Source: a virus
Strand: one strand, 5' to 3'
UHGV virus genome: UHGV-0087734
Length of the DNA stretch: 41,126 nucleotides
Below are positions 1 through 8,752 of this stretch, one piece after another. Each line of letters opens with the position of its first letter. The first letter of the stretch is position 1. A program made the translations under genes and the position numbers. The notes below the pieces were generated by a model, which did not search any database, was not told where the DNA came from, and worked only from the letters and a program-made list of their open reading frames with translations.

Positions 1-40
1 AGAGCGACTAGATGATTTATAGACATAATAGATGATAATA

Positions 41-54
41 TACTATATACTGTA
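41..54. promoter_or_regulatory. Solitary NrdR-box-like palindrome (TACTATATACTGTA)
   Basis: Same 14-bp consensus as the boxes in the six four-box arrays; no partner box 32 bp away. Confidence 0.4.
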
Positions 55-102
55 TCTATTACCTAAAGTAATATTATATCCTGATTGATGATTAACAAGC
101 AT

Positions 103-131
103 TGTACATCAGTAACAACATAGTGTATTAT
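103..131 (+). promoter_or_regulatory. Sigma-A-like promoter for left-end small genes
   Basis: TGTACA-17 bp-TATTAT, preceded by ACAAGCAT as in the repeated promoter family; RBS AGGAGG follows. Confidence 0.55.
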
Positions 132-151
132 AATTATAGGAGGTATGATAT

Positions 152-319
152 ATGAATTACAAACACTTAACAGAACAACAAGAAAAGGAATTAATTAACA
201 TACTATGTGGCGATTATGATCTGAAAGCTACACTAAAATATGTTGATGACTTAATGGACGATAGTTATGACAAAGGTTATGAACGAGGTTACGATATCGG
301 TCGAGATGTTTTATATTAG
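152..319 (+). CDS. Small acidic protein, YDxGYxxGY family paralog 1
   Basis: GGAGG RBS; translates as MNYKHLTEQQEKELINILCGDYDLKATLKYVDDLMDDSYDKGYERGYDIGRDVLY (below the ORF-track cutoff). Confidence 0.75.
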   Translation: MNYKHLTEQQEKELINILCGDYDLKATLKYVDDLMDDSYDKGYERGYDIGRDVLY

Positions 320-331
320 GAGGTAATATAT

Positions 332-511
332 ATGATATATAAACACTTAGATAATTGGGATATTCAACATATTAAAGATAGTATTAATGATATAGATTTA
401 TTACTAATGATTATCGATGATATGATAGAAGAAAATAGAGACGATGCATATGACGATGGTTATATTGATGGCTATGTACAATGTAGAAGAGATAATGAGG
501 AGGAACAATGA
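332..511 (+). CDS. Small acidic protein, YDxGYxxGY family paralog 2
   Basis: GGAGG RBS; MIYKHLDNWDIQHIKDSINDIDLLLMIIDDMIEENRDDAYDDGYIDGYVQCRRDNEEEQ. Confidence 0.75.
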   Translation: MIYKHLDNWDIQHIKDSINDIDLLLMIIDDMIEENRDDAYDDGYIDGYVQCRRDNEEEQ

Positions 512-705
512 TGAATAACTACGATGCATTAGACAATGATATTATTATTGAGATTGCTAACAATCAAAACAACTTACATGATCTGCTAACTATTATTAAT
601 CAATTAGCCATGGACAAATATGATCTAGGTTTTAATGATGGTTACGATGTAGGTGAGCACAGTGGTTGGTGTGATTGTTATGACATGATGAGCGAAGATG
701 ATTAA
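508..705 (+). CDS. Small acidic protein, YDxGYxxGY family paralog 3
   Basis: GGAGG RBS and ATGA overlap; contains YDLGFNDGYDVG. Confidence 0.75.
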   Translation: MMNNYDALDNDIIIEIANNQNNLHDLLTIINQLAMDKYDLGFNDGYDVGEHSGWCDCYDMMSEDD

Positions 706-708
706 AAA

Positions 709-838
709 TTATTACCAGGTAATAAAAATCCCCCCGCGGCTAAAAGTGCTGACGAATGCGTCAACCGTCGCCACCCACGCCCACCGCCAAATTTGCAGCT
801 TTTAGAATCTATTACCTATTTCTAGTACCTGGTAATAA
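709..838. other. Candidate cos/packaging site
   Basis: Conspicuously GC-rich non-coding island (730-797) directly upstream of terS, flanked by palindromes TTATTACCAGGTAATAA (709-725) and TAGTACCTGGTAATAA (823-838); the terminase is HK97-type. Confidence 0.55.
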
Positions 839-865
839 ATTGTTACAACAGTAAATTTTTGTATA

Positions 866-894
866 TTTACACAAACGAAAAAATCTGGTAAAAT
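866..894 (+). promoter_or_regulatory. Promoter of terminase operon
   Basis: TTTACA-17 bp-TAAAAT with extended TG; variant palindrome TGTTACAACA at 841-850 just upstream. Confidence 0.65.
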
Positions 895-916
895 ATACTA
901 TATAGGAGGTTGTTAT

Positions 917-1243
917 ATGGCAAAAATCAGATTAACAGAAGAACAAATAAAACGAAAACAATGGATCATCGAACAAATGGGGGATAATTACAAAGAAATT
1001 GACGAGCCACTCGTCGATGCATTAACATTCGCGATTGATCAACTAGAATTTATGGATGCTCAGATCAACGATGTTAAATCTTTGTTAGAATCTCGTCAGT
1101 TTATGGCTAATCGTGATAAATTTGTGAAACAAGTTGAGAACGGAATGAAGATGCTCGACATTACACCACAAGCACGTAATAAAGCAAAGATTGAAACTGC
1201 AAAAACAGTTGATCCATTAACTGAGTTGCTAGGTGATATGTAA
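917..1243 (+). CDS. terS: Terminase small subunit (P27-like)
   Basis: Directly before terL; C-terminal LDITPQARNK resembles the LGLTPxSR motif of P27-family TerS. Confidence 0.8.
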   Translation: MAKIRLTEEQIKRKQWIIEQMGDNYKEIDEPLVDALTFAIDQLEFMDAQINDVKSLLESRQFMANRDKFVKQVENGMKMLDITPQARNKAKIETAKTVDPLTELLGDM

Positions 1244-2916
1244 TGAATTATACTAAGGCAAAAGATTATTGTGTTTGGGCAATTGACGAACAGAACAACA
1301 AAGTGCCGAAATATGTAAAACGTCAATGTAAACTATTCCTTGATATTTGGGATGACAATGATGAGCTATCATTTTTTGATCACGATAAAGCAATTAAGAT
1401 CGAAAAAATGTTGACGCTTGTAAACGTTCCAAAAGGTGAAGGTGTAGGTAAACCTGTTGTAAACACACTAACAGGTTTTCAATGGTTATTATTGGTTGCA
1501 CCATTTTGTGTAATGATGAAAGATGATCCTGAAAAACGACGTTATGAAAACATCGTGCTTGAGATTTGTCGTAAGAATGCAAAATCATATGTGTCTGCAC
1601 TTATATGTTTAGTACTTATGATCCTTGAACCAAAATTCTCACGATTTTTCACAGTTGCACCAACAGGTGCACTCGCACGTGAAACATTCAAGCAAATTAA
1701 GGAATTTGTATTAGTCAGCCCAGCACTAGAAAAACATTTTAAATTACGTCGTGATAATATTATTTGTACATTAACGTCAAGCGAGTACGTACCACTAAAT
1801 TATAGTACATCAACATTAGATGGTAAATTACCAAATGCATGGCTTGGTGATGAAGTTGGTGCATTACCTGTATCATACCCACTTGAAGCAATGCGCTCAG
1901 GTGCGATCTTGTTAAAGAATAAACTTGGGATTATCATGTCAACGAAATATCCTACAATTGATAATCCTTTTGAGGATGAAGTTGACTACGCTAAAAAAGT
2001 ACTCGATAACATACTCGACGACACAACAACATTTGCGTTATTGTATGAGCCGGATAATCCTACAGGATCCTGGGAAACTGATGATGATATACTTGCTCAC
2101 GGCAATCCACTTGCGATTGATGTTCCAATTTTGTGGGATAACTTAATTAAAAAACGTGCAATCGCGATTGAAAAACCTGCTGCAAGAAGTAATTTCTTAA
2201 CAAAACACTGTAATATTATTACTGCTGATAGTAACACAGAAGCATATATTGACATTCAAGATCTGCAACAATGTCGCATTGATGATTTTGATTGGTCTGG
2301 TCGAGATGTATATGTCGGACTTGATTTATCTTTAACAAATGATAATACATCAGTTGTCATGGTTACACGTGATGAGTATGGTCATTTAGTATCGCATCCA
2401 ATGTGTTTTATTCCAACTGATAACGTTGATAAAAAGACAAAAGAGGAAAAATGCGACTACATAAAATATATTGATCTTGGACTTTGTATTGATTGTGGTA
2501 CAAATATCATTGATTATAGCAAAGTGGAAGATTATATTATTGAAACGTTGCAACAAGATTATAATGTAAATATACTTGGTGTTGGTTATGATCGTTACAA
2601 CGCAATTTCTACAGTTAACAAACTTGAAGCAGCTGGGATTGATTGCATTGAAGTACGTCAACATTCTAGCGTGCTTGCATCTCCAACTAAATTACTATAT
2701 GAGGAAATTACAACGCATAATTTCAGATATGTTACTAACCCATTATACGAGATCAATTTTGTAAATGCAGTTTGTACGTACGATACAAATTTAAATCGAT
2801 ACGTACATAAAAAGAAGTCAAATGGTAAGGTTGATATGGTCGTTGCAACATTAAATGCTATATGCTTGTTACAACAAAATGAGATTTTAGATGAACAATG
2901 GACATGCCAATACTAG
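1243..2916 (+). CDS. terL: Terminase large subunit (HK97/Terminase_1 type)
   Basis: Walker A-like RKNAKS, Walker B WLGDE, nuclease GLDLS and C-terminal KVDMVVA motifs. Confidence 0.95.
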   Translation: MNYTKAKDYCVWAIDEQNNKVPKYVKRQCKLFLDIWDDNDELSFFDHDKAIKIEKMLTLVNVPKGEGVGKPVVNTLTGFQWLLLVAPFCVMMKDDPEKRRYENIVLEICRKNAKSYVSALICLVLMILEPKFSRFFTVAPTGALARETFKQIKEFVLVSPALEKHFKLRRDNIICTLTSSEYVPLNYSTSTLDGKLPNAWLGDEVGALPVSYPLEAMRSGAILLKNKLGIIMSTKYPTIDNPFEDEVDYAKKVLDNILDDTTTFALLYEPDNPTGSWETDDDILAHGNPLAIDVPILWDNLIKKRAIAIEKPAARSNFLTKHCNIITADSNTEAYIDIQDLQQCRIDDFDWSGRDVYVGLDLSLTNDNTSVVMVTRDEYGHLVSHPMCFIPTDNVDKKTKEEKCDYIKYIDLGLCIDCGTNIIDYSKVEDYIIETLQQDYNVNILGVGYDRYNAISTVNKLEAAGIDCIEVRQHSSVLASPTKLLYEEITTHNFRYVTNPLYEINFVNAVCTYDTNLNRYVHKKKSNGKVDMVVATLNAICLLQQNEILDEQWTCQY

Positions 2917-2931
2917 GAGGCGAGTTTATAA

Positions 2932-3420
2932 ATGTTTAAAGATATATCAAGTCAAAAATTTGGTAGGCTAACAGTGATTGAACGTTCAGGTGTTGACAAG
3001 TCAAGATCAGTTATTTGGTTATGTAAATGTGATTGCGGTAATTATATAAAAGTTAAAGGTACAGAATTACGACGAGGTCGTACAACATCATGTGGATGTT
3101 ATCGTGTCGAACGTGTTATCGAAGCACGTACTAAACATGGTAAAACTGATACACGTTTATATAATATCTGGCAAGCAATGAAAGATAGATGTTATAATAA
3201 ACACAATGCTAAATATAAAAATTACGGATCACGCGGAATTGTTGTTTGTAATGAATGGAAAGACGATTTTGAAGCATTTTATAATTGGGCAATTAATAAT
3301 AATTATCGAGATGATCTCACAATCGATCGTATCAATAATGATGGAAACTATGAGCCTAATAATTGTAGATGGGCAGATTATACCACTCAAAACAATAATC
3401 GACGAAACAACAAACATTAA
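2932..3420 (+). CDS. HNH-type homing endonuclease-like protein (CxCDCGN/SCGC family), copy 1
   Basis: KFGRLTV, CKCDCGN, SCGC and TIDRINNDGNYEPNNCRW motifs. Confidence 0.8.
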   Translation: MFKDISSQKFGRLTVIERSGVDKSRSVIWLCKCDCGNYIKVKGTELRRGRTTSCGCYRVERVIEARTKHGKTDTRLYNIWQAMKDRCYNKHNAKYKNYGSRGIVVCNEWKDDFEAFYNWAINNNYRDDLTIDRINNDGNYEPNNCRWADYTTQNNNRRNNKH

Positions 3421-3427
3421 TTTACTA

Positions 3428-3510
3428 TTTACAAAATAGCGAAAATAGTGTATAATGATTTATGTACCTCCGGGGAGAGCGCATGCAAAATACGTATGCG
3501 CTTTTCTTTA
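3428..3510 (+). ncRNA. Putative ~50 nt sRNA unit (promoter plus terminator, no ORF) beginning with an anti-SD sequence
   Basis: TTTACA-17-TATAAT (3428-3456), then TGTACCTCC, hairpin GAGAGCGCATGC/GTATGCGCTTTT and a T-rich tail. Confidence 0.5.
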
Positions 3511-3513
3511 CTA

Positions 3514-3651
3514 TTTACAAAGCTGTGGGATTATGGTATAATGTAATCATAAAAGATAAAACATTTTAGAGATCAGCCTTATAGTATACGAGGAAACAAT
3601 AGCATAAATCATGTCTTTTAGGTCACGTACAAATGTACGTGATTTTTTTTT
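3514..3651 (+). ncRNA. Putative ~105 nt sRNA unit (promoter plus terminator, no ORF)
   Basis: TTTACA-17-TATAAT with extended TG (3514-3542); terminator TCACGTACA/TGTACGTGA plus T9 (3623-3651). Confidence 0.5.
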
Positions 3652-3660
3652 ACAAAAGTA

Positions 3661-3689
3661 TTTACTTGTTGCAACAAACGTGGTATAAT
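3661..3689 (+). promoter_or_regulatory. Promoter with TGTTGCAACA in the spacer (RHH gene and portal)
   Basis: TTTACT-17-TATAAT; palindrome at 3667-3676. Confidence 0.75.
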
Positions 3690-3722
3690 AACTACAGAAC
3701 CTAACGAAAGGAGGTACAAACT

Positions 3723-3884
3723 ATGAGTGAGTTAACACATAGGATCGCGTTCAGGTGTACAGAAGAATTGTTCGAAAATGTAAAAGAAATTGCGAACGAT
3801 AAAGGGTTAACTGTTACCGACTACATCACATTTTTATTGATCGATGATATTGGTAACTATTATGATGAGAAAGGAGGTGAATAA
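3723..3884 (+). CDS. Small ribbon-helix-helix (Arc/CopG-like) DNA-binding protein
   Basis: AAGGAGG RBS; MSELTHRIAFRCTEELFENVKEIANDKGLTVTDYITFLLIDDIGNYYDEKGGE has the alternating beta-strand (RIAFR), helix, G-turn, helix pattern; its stop abuts the portal ATG. Confidence 0.7.
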   Translation: MSELTHRIAFRCTEELFENVKEIANDKGLTVTDYITFLLIDDIGNYYDEKGGE

Positions 3885-5099
3885 ATGTTTGGATGGTTTA
3901 AAAAAGAGAAACGCAGTGATGATACAATTATAGCCGACGTTGCTGAGGGTCTTATTCAAACTGGAACAACAATCACACGTCAGCAAGCTATGAGTATTCC
4001 AGTTGTAACAAAATCAGTTGCATGGATCGCGAGTGCTATTGCTGCATTGCCGATTAAAATGTATACAAAAACCGATAGCGGTTATCAAGAAGTATATGAC
4101 GATTATAGACTTCCATTATTAAATGATTATAGTGGAAATGGTATGATTGCAAATGATTTAAAACGTCAAGTATTAACTGATCTACTTCTTGATGGTAATG
4201 GTTATGCATATATTAGCAAAAAAGGTAATAAAATCACAAAATTATCTTATATTCCTACACACAGATTAACATATACCGAAAGTGTTGACACGATCGACAA
4301 AATCGTAAACGTGTGGGTTGACGGAAAACAAGTACAAGATTATAATGTATTTCGCTTAGTAAATAACAGCAAAAATGGTATTAGTGGTATCGGTTTTGTT
4401 AGTGATTGCCAAGATTTATTAAGCACAATTTTATCTAGTTTGCAATACGAAAACTCAAGCATCTCATCTGGTGTACGTCGAGGATTTTTGAAGTCAAAAT
4501 CTAAACTAGATCCTGACAAAATGAATGAATTACGACGTGCATGGCAACAACTTACACGACCAAATCAAAGTGACGTGCTCGTACTTAATGCTGGTATTGA
4601 GTTTGAAGATGCAAGCAGCACAGCAACTGAAAGTCAGTTATCTCAAAATAAAGTGATAAACATGCATCAAATTCTAGCATATTTTGGTTTGCCAACAAAC
4701 TTTTTTGAAGGTGTAAATTCTGATGCATACTTGACTGCAGTACGAATTGCAATCTTGCCAATCGTAAAACAGTTTACAAATGCACTTAATAATTACATGT
4801 TACTTGAATCTGAAAAATCAAATTTAAAATTTGAAATTGATACAAGTGATCTATTACGTATTAATGCAAATGAACGTTTTGCAGCATATCAAACTGGTTT
4901 ATCTAGCGGGATTTTAACCATCGATGAAGTACGTCGTATGGAAAACTTGCCAGCACTTGACATGCAATATCTCAAACTTGGTCTTGGTGATGTTTTATAT
5001 AATATTACCGATGGTAAAATTTTCGTTCCAAATACTGGTGCGATCGTTGATCCTAGTAACAATAATGTTGCAACAAAAGATGAAAATACTGAAAATTAG
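3885..5099 (+). CDS. Portal protein, HK97 family
   Basis: IASAIAALPIK, LLLDGNGYAYI, GILTIDEVRRMENLP motifs; position after terminase. Confidence 0.93.
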   Translation: MFGWFKKEKRSDDTIIADVAEGLIQTGTTITRQQAMSIPVVTKSVAWIASAIAALPIKMYTKTDSGYQEVYDDYRLPLLNDYSGNGMIANDLKRQVLTDLLLDGNGYAYISKKGNKITKLSYIPTHRLTYTESVDTIDKIVNVWVDGKQVQDYNVFRLVNNSKNGISGIGFVSDCQDLLSTILSSLQYENSSISSGVRRGFLKSKSKLDPDKMNELRRAWQQLTRPNQSDVLVLNAGIEFEDASSTATESQLSQNKVINMHQILAYFGLPTNFFEGVNSDAYLTAVRIAILPIVKQFTNALNNYMLLESEKSNLKFEIDTSDLLRINANERFAAYQTGLSSGILTIDEVRRMENLPALDMQYLKLGLGDVLYNITDGKIFVPNTGAIVDPSNNNVATKDENTEN

Positions 5100-5102
5100 G
5101 TG

Positions 5103-5131
5103 TTTACATCTGTTGCAACATGTGATATAAT
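5103..5131 (+). promoter_or_regulatory. Internal promoter with TGTTGCAACA (protease/capsid)
   Basis: TTTACA-17-TATAAT; palindrome at 5111-5120. Confidence 0.75.
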
Positions 5132-5157
5132 AATCTTTGTTAGGAGGTGAAACAAGT

Positions 5158-5733
5158 TTGAAAATTGAATTACGAAATAACGGTGTACATCTTGAGGGAT
5201 ATGTAAATGCTGTTGGTCGTGAATCTCGCGTGTTACGCGATTTACATGGGCCATTCATTGAAATTATCAAACCTGGTACATTTGCTAAAAGTCTTGAACA
5301 ACGTTCTAATGTCGGATTAATGTTAAATCATAAAAGAAATTTAGAGCCGACCAACTTAGAACTTTATGAAGACAATATCGGCTTACGTGCTAAAATTGAT
5401 ATTGATGATCCTGAAATTGCTGAGTTAGCAGAACACAAAAAACTAACTGGTTTTAGTTTTGGATTCGTTGCTAAATCTGATACTTGGGATGATACTCAAG
5501 AAGTACGACGACGTACAATTGATGGGCTTGATTTGCAGGAGGTGAGCATCCTATCTGTAACGCCTGCGTATATTGCTACAAGCATTGAAGCACGCGACGA
5601 AGATGCTACTTTACATGAACAACGTTCCATCGAACAAACATTTGAGGTTGACGACAAACGCGATCCTCACGATCTTGAACAACTTAATACATACAAACAA
5701 CATTTTGAATTCTTAAAAGGAGAATATAAATAA
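5158..5733 (+). CDS. Prohead protease, HK97 family
   Basis: LEGY, FIEIIKPGTF, LNH, GFSFGF and EVSILSVTPAY motifs; start moved to the TTG after GGAGGTGA. Confidence 0.92.
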   Translation: MKIELRNNGVHLEGYVNAVGRESRVLRDLHGPFIEIIKPGTFAKSLEQRSNVGLMLNHKRNLEPTNLELYEDNIGLRAKIDIDDPEIAELAEHKKLTGFSFGFVAKSDTWDDTQEVRRRTIDGLDLQEVSILSVTPAYIATSIEARDEDATLHEQRSIEQTFEVDDKRDPHDLEQLNTYKQHFEFLKGEYK

Positions 5734-6911
5734 TGAAATTCTTAATCGAAAAACGCAACTCTATTGTAGAAGAAATCAATAACTTGTTTAAAGGTGCAGA
5801 AACAGAAAAACGTGCATTGACTGAAGATGAACAATCTACATTCGAAGCAAAAACTGCAGAATTGAAAGCACTTGATAAAACTATCGAAGCTAAACGCGAA
5901 GCTCGTTCTTTGACAATGATGGATGATGAAACACCAAAAACTCCAGACGAAAAAGAAGAAAAACGTTCTACTGAAGAACTTGAAGCACGCGCATTCGAAA
6001 ACTTTATTCGTGAACAACGTACCGGTGAAATGGCAAAAGGTGATAACGGTGCAGTTATCCCACAAACAATTGCTAACAAAATCATTGATACTGTTAAGCA
6101 AGTTGCACCTATCTATGCATTGACAACTAAATTCAATGTAAAAGGTAAATTACAATTCCCTGTTGCTAAAGGTTCTATTACTACTGGTTATCAAGAAGAA
6201 TTTAAAGCAATCACATCCTCTAATGTTGGTTTTACAAATGTAGAACTTGACGGCTACCTCATCGGTGCATTGTCCAAAGTATCTGTATCCTTGATCAACA
6301 ATGCTCAATTCGATATTGTATCTTATGTCGTTAACAAAATTGCTCAATCCATCGCTGAATTCTTGGAAAAAGAATTGATCGTAGGTGCTACTAACATTAA
6401 AGGTATTACAGATAAATCTTACGAAGGTAAAGGCGTTCAAAAAGTTACAACTTTCAAAGAAGGCGTTATTTCTACTGATGATTTAATTGAAACTCAAGGC
6501 GAAGTTAAAATGAACGTACAAGATGGTTGTCAATGGTTGATGAATCAAAGTACATTAAACGAAGTACGTAAATTAAAAGACAACAATGGTCAATATGTTT
6601 TGAATCCGGATTTACGCACAGGATTTGGCTTCGAATTGCTTGGTAAACATGTTATGATCTCCGATGAAATGCCTGCTGATACAATTATCTATGGTGATTG
6701 GTCTGCAATGTATGTTAACATTCATGAAGATGTAAATATTCGTCCATTGAATGAAAAATATGCTGATGAACATGCAGTCGGTTTTGTTGCTTGGGCTGAA
6801 CTTGATGCTAAACTTTGCGAACTTAACAAATTCACAAAATTGGTTAAAAAAACAGCTAGTGATACTTCTGAAATGAAAGCTACACGCTCCAAAAAAGCGG
6901 TAGAAGAATAA
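5733..6911 (+). CDS. Major capsid protein, HK97 fold with N-terminal delta domain
   Basis: Coiled-coil N-terminus, GAVIPQTI, LKDNNGQYVL, LLGKHV and IIYGDW motifs. Confidence 0.95.
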   Translation: MKFLIEKRNSIVEEINNLFKGAETEKRALTEDEQSTFEAKTAELKALDKTIEAKREARSLTMMDDETPKTPDEKEEKRSTEELEARAFENFIREQRTGEMAKGDNGAVIPQTIANKIIDTVKQVAPIYALTTKFNVKGKLQFPVAKGSITTGYQEEFKAITSSNVGFTNVELDGYLIGALSKVSVSLINNAQFDIVSYVVNKIAQSIAEFLEKELIVGATNIKGITDKSYEGKGVQKVTTFKEGVISTDDLIETQGEVKMNVQDGCQWLMNQSTLNEVRKLKDNNGQYVLNPDLRTGFGFELLGKHVMISDEMPADTIIYGDWSAMYVNIHEDVNIRPLNEKYADEHAVGFVAWAELDAKLCELNKFTKLVKKTASDTSEMKATRSKKAVEE

Positions 6912-6927
6912 TAGTTATTGATTAATA

Positions 6928-6960
6928 AGGGGAGGGAGGTTCATTCCCTCTCCTATTTAT
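6928..6960 (+). terminator. Intrinsic terminator after capsid gene
   Basis: AGGGGAGGGA/TCCCTCTCCT stem followed by an AT-rich tail. Confidence 0.65.
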
Positions 6961-6978
6961 TATCATAAGGAGGAAAAT

Positions 6979-7278
6979 GTGAAAGTATCAGAATTGACAT
7001 TGCCAACTATAAAACAATATTTACGTGTTGATGGTAATGACGACGACGTTTTACTTAATATGTTGCTCGCATCCTCTATTCAATATTGTACTTCTTATAT
7101 GGGATGTACAAAAAACGATCTTGATAAATATGAAGATGTAACAATTGTTGTACTTGCATTAATCTCGGATTCTTATGAAGTACGTCAATTCACTACAAGT
7201 ACAATTACATTAAACCCTATTATGCAAGGTGTTTTGGATTTACATTGCAGTAATTTTCTTGGTGGTGATCCTGTATGA
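6979..7278 (+). CDS. Head-tail connector (gp6-like)
   Basis: IKQYLRVDGNDDD motif; position after capsid. Confidence 0.9.
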   Translation: MKVSELTLPTIKQYLRVDGNDDDVLLNMLLASSIQYCTSYMGCTKNDLDKYEDVTIVVLALISDSYEVRQFTTSTITLNPIMQGVLDLHCSNFLGGDPV

Positions 7279-7625
7279 GATATGTAAAGGATATGAGACT
7301 TTCGAGCATTTGCAAAAATCGCATCGAGGTTTGGGGTAATGTAACGAGCGAAACAAAAAATCGTCTTGGTCAATATCCTAAAGAAGATAAAAAATTGTTC
7401 GAAGTATGGGGAGCAGTTTTACCTCAAACAGGATCTTTATTGAATGGTCGAAATGCCGACACAACATTATGTCGTACAACACATAAAATTGTACTACGTT
7501 ACAACAAAAATATTACAAGTGCAAACTGGTTCGTGTATGATGGTGTTCGATATGATATTTTATATATCATGGATCCATATTTAAATAGTGAACGACTTGA
7601 ATGTTATTGCGAAGTTGTAATTTAG
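7275..7625 (+). CDS. Head closure/head-tail adaptor (gp16-like)
   Basis: VWGAV, THKIVLRY, GVRYDI motifs; synteny. Confidence 0.85.
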   Translation: MRYVKDMRLSSICKNRIEVWGNVTSETKNRLGQYPKEDKKLFEVWGAVLPQTGSLLNGRNADTTLCRTTHKIVLRYNKNITSANWFVYDGVRYDILYIMDPYLNSERLECYCEVVI

Positions 7626-7627
7626 TA

Positions 7628-7656
7628 TTTACATTGTTGCAACAATATGATATAAT
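7628..7656 (+). promoter_or_regulatory. Internal promoter with TGTTGCAACA
   Basis: TTTACA-17-TATAAT; palindrome at 7635-7644. Confidence 0.75.
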
Positions 7657-7680
7657 AATAACTGTTAGGAGGTGAACAAG

Positions 7681-8292
7681 TTGAAACTATTAGATCTAAC
7701 CGGTCAAAAATTTGGACGCTTAACAGTTTTAAAAATATCAAGACGTGATAAACATAATACATATTGGTTATGCAAATGTGATTGCGGCAATTTAAAGGAA
7801 GCTAAAAGTCGTGATTTGCGAAACGGTATTACACAATCGTGTGGATGTTTACATAAAGAAGCTATTACTAAACATAAAAAATGTGATACTCGACTATATA
7901 GCATATGGACAAATATGAAGACTCGTTGCAACAATAAAAATGCAGAGTGTTATAAAGACTATGGTGCTCGAGGTATTCGAGTATGTGATGAATGGCTAAA
8001 CGACTTTCAAGTGTTCTACGATTGGGCAATAGATAATGACTATCAAGAAAATTTAACTATTGACCGGATCGATTTTAATAGTAATTATGAACCTAGTAAT
8101 TGTCGTTGGGTAGATCGTAAAACTCAAAACAGAAACACACGACATAACAGAAATATCACAATTAATAATGAAACTCATTGCCTTAAAGAATGGTGTGAAA
8201 TTTTAGATCTTAAACCTGGTACAGTATATGCTAGGTTAAAACACGGATGGGATCTTGAAAGAGCATTAAATTATGGAAAGGTGAGTGATTAA
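7681..8292 (+). CDS. HNH-type homing endonuclease-like protein, copy 2
   Basis: CKCDCGN, SCGC, TIDRID..YEPSNCRW and a C-terminal ETHCLKEWCE helical domain; the ORF-track GTG lies inside the RBS, so TTG 7681 is preferred. Confidence 0.8.
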   Translation: MKLLDLTGQKFGRLTVLKISRRDKHNTYWLCKCDCGNLKEAKSRDLRNGITQSCGCLHKEAITKHKKCDTRLYSIWTNMKTRCNNKNAECYKDYGARGIRVCDEWLNDFQVFYDWAIDNDYQENLTIDRIDFNSNYEPSNCRWVDRKTQNRNTRHNRNITINNETHCLKEWCEILDLKPGTVYARLKHGWDLERALNYGKVSD

Positions 8293-8752
8293 AGTGTTAA
8301 GTGTTGTCGATGTTATTCGCTCGTTAACAGAATTAATTAATAATCATTATCCAGAGTACAAAATAGTGGATTATGACGTATCTGAAGGATTTGAAAAACC
8401 TTGTTTTTTCATTGAACCAGAAAACGTATCTACAGAATGGGTTGCTAATGATTATCTTAAAGAATCAAGTACTTTAAAAATTGTTTTTTTCGCTGAAAAT
8501 CGTTATGACGGATTTCTTGATCTTTTAGATATGAAAAACAATCTTACTATGTTATTTGATGATCCATTATATGTTACAAATGATAAAATTGGTTATTATG
8601 TATCTTTGCTGACAACGACGAGTGATATATACAAAACTGACAAAGTACTAGAATTTACTTTGCGTGCTGATCTTATTCAAAAAGTTGACCGTAAAGAAAC
8701 GGATAATTATATGGAAGAATTAGAACAAAATATTAAAATTAGGAGGAATTAG
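8285..8752 (+). CDS. Tail terminator/completion protein
   Basis: EGFEKPCFFI motif; directly before the sheath (start may be GTG 8294). Confidence 0.7.
   Translation: MIKVLSVVDVIRSLTELINNHYPEYKIVDYDVSEGFEKPCFFIEPENVSTEWVANDYLKESSTLKIVFFAENRYDGFLDLLDMKNNLTMLFDDPLYVTNDKIGYYVSLLTTTSDIYKTDKVLEFTLRADLIQKVDRKETDNYMEELEQNIKIRRN

Noticed and set aside
1243..3420. Group I intron carrying the HNH gene within terL
   Set aside because: TerL is complete through its C-terminal nuclease motif, and the HNH gene follows the stop with its own RBS.
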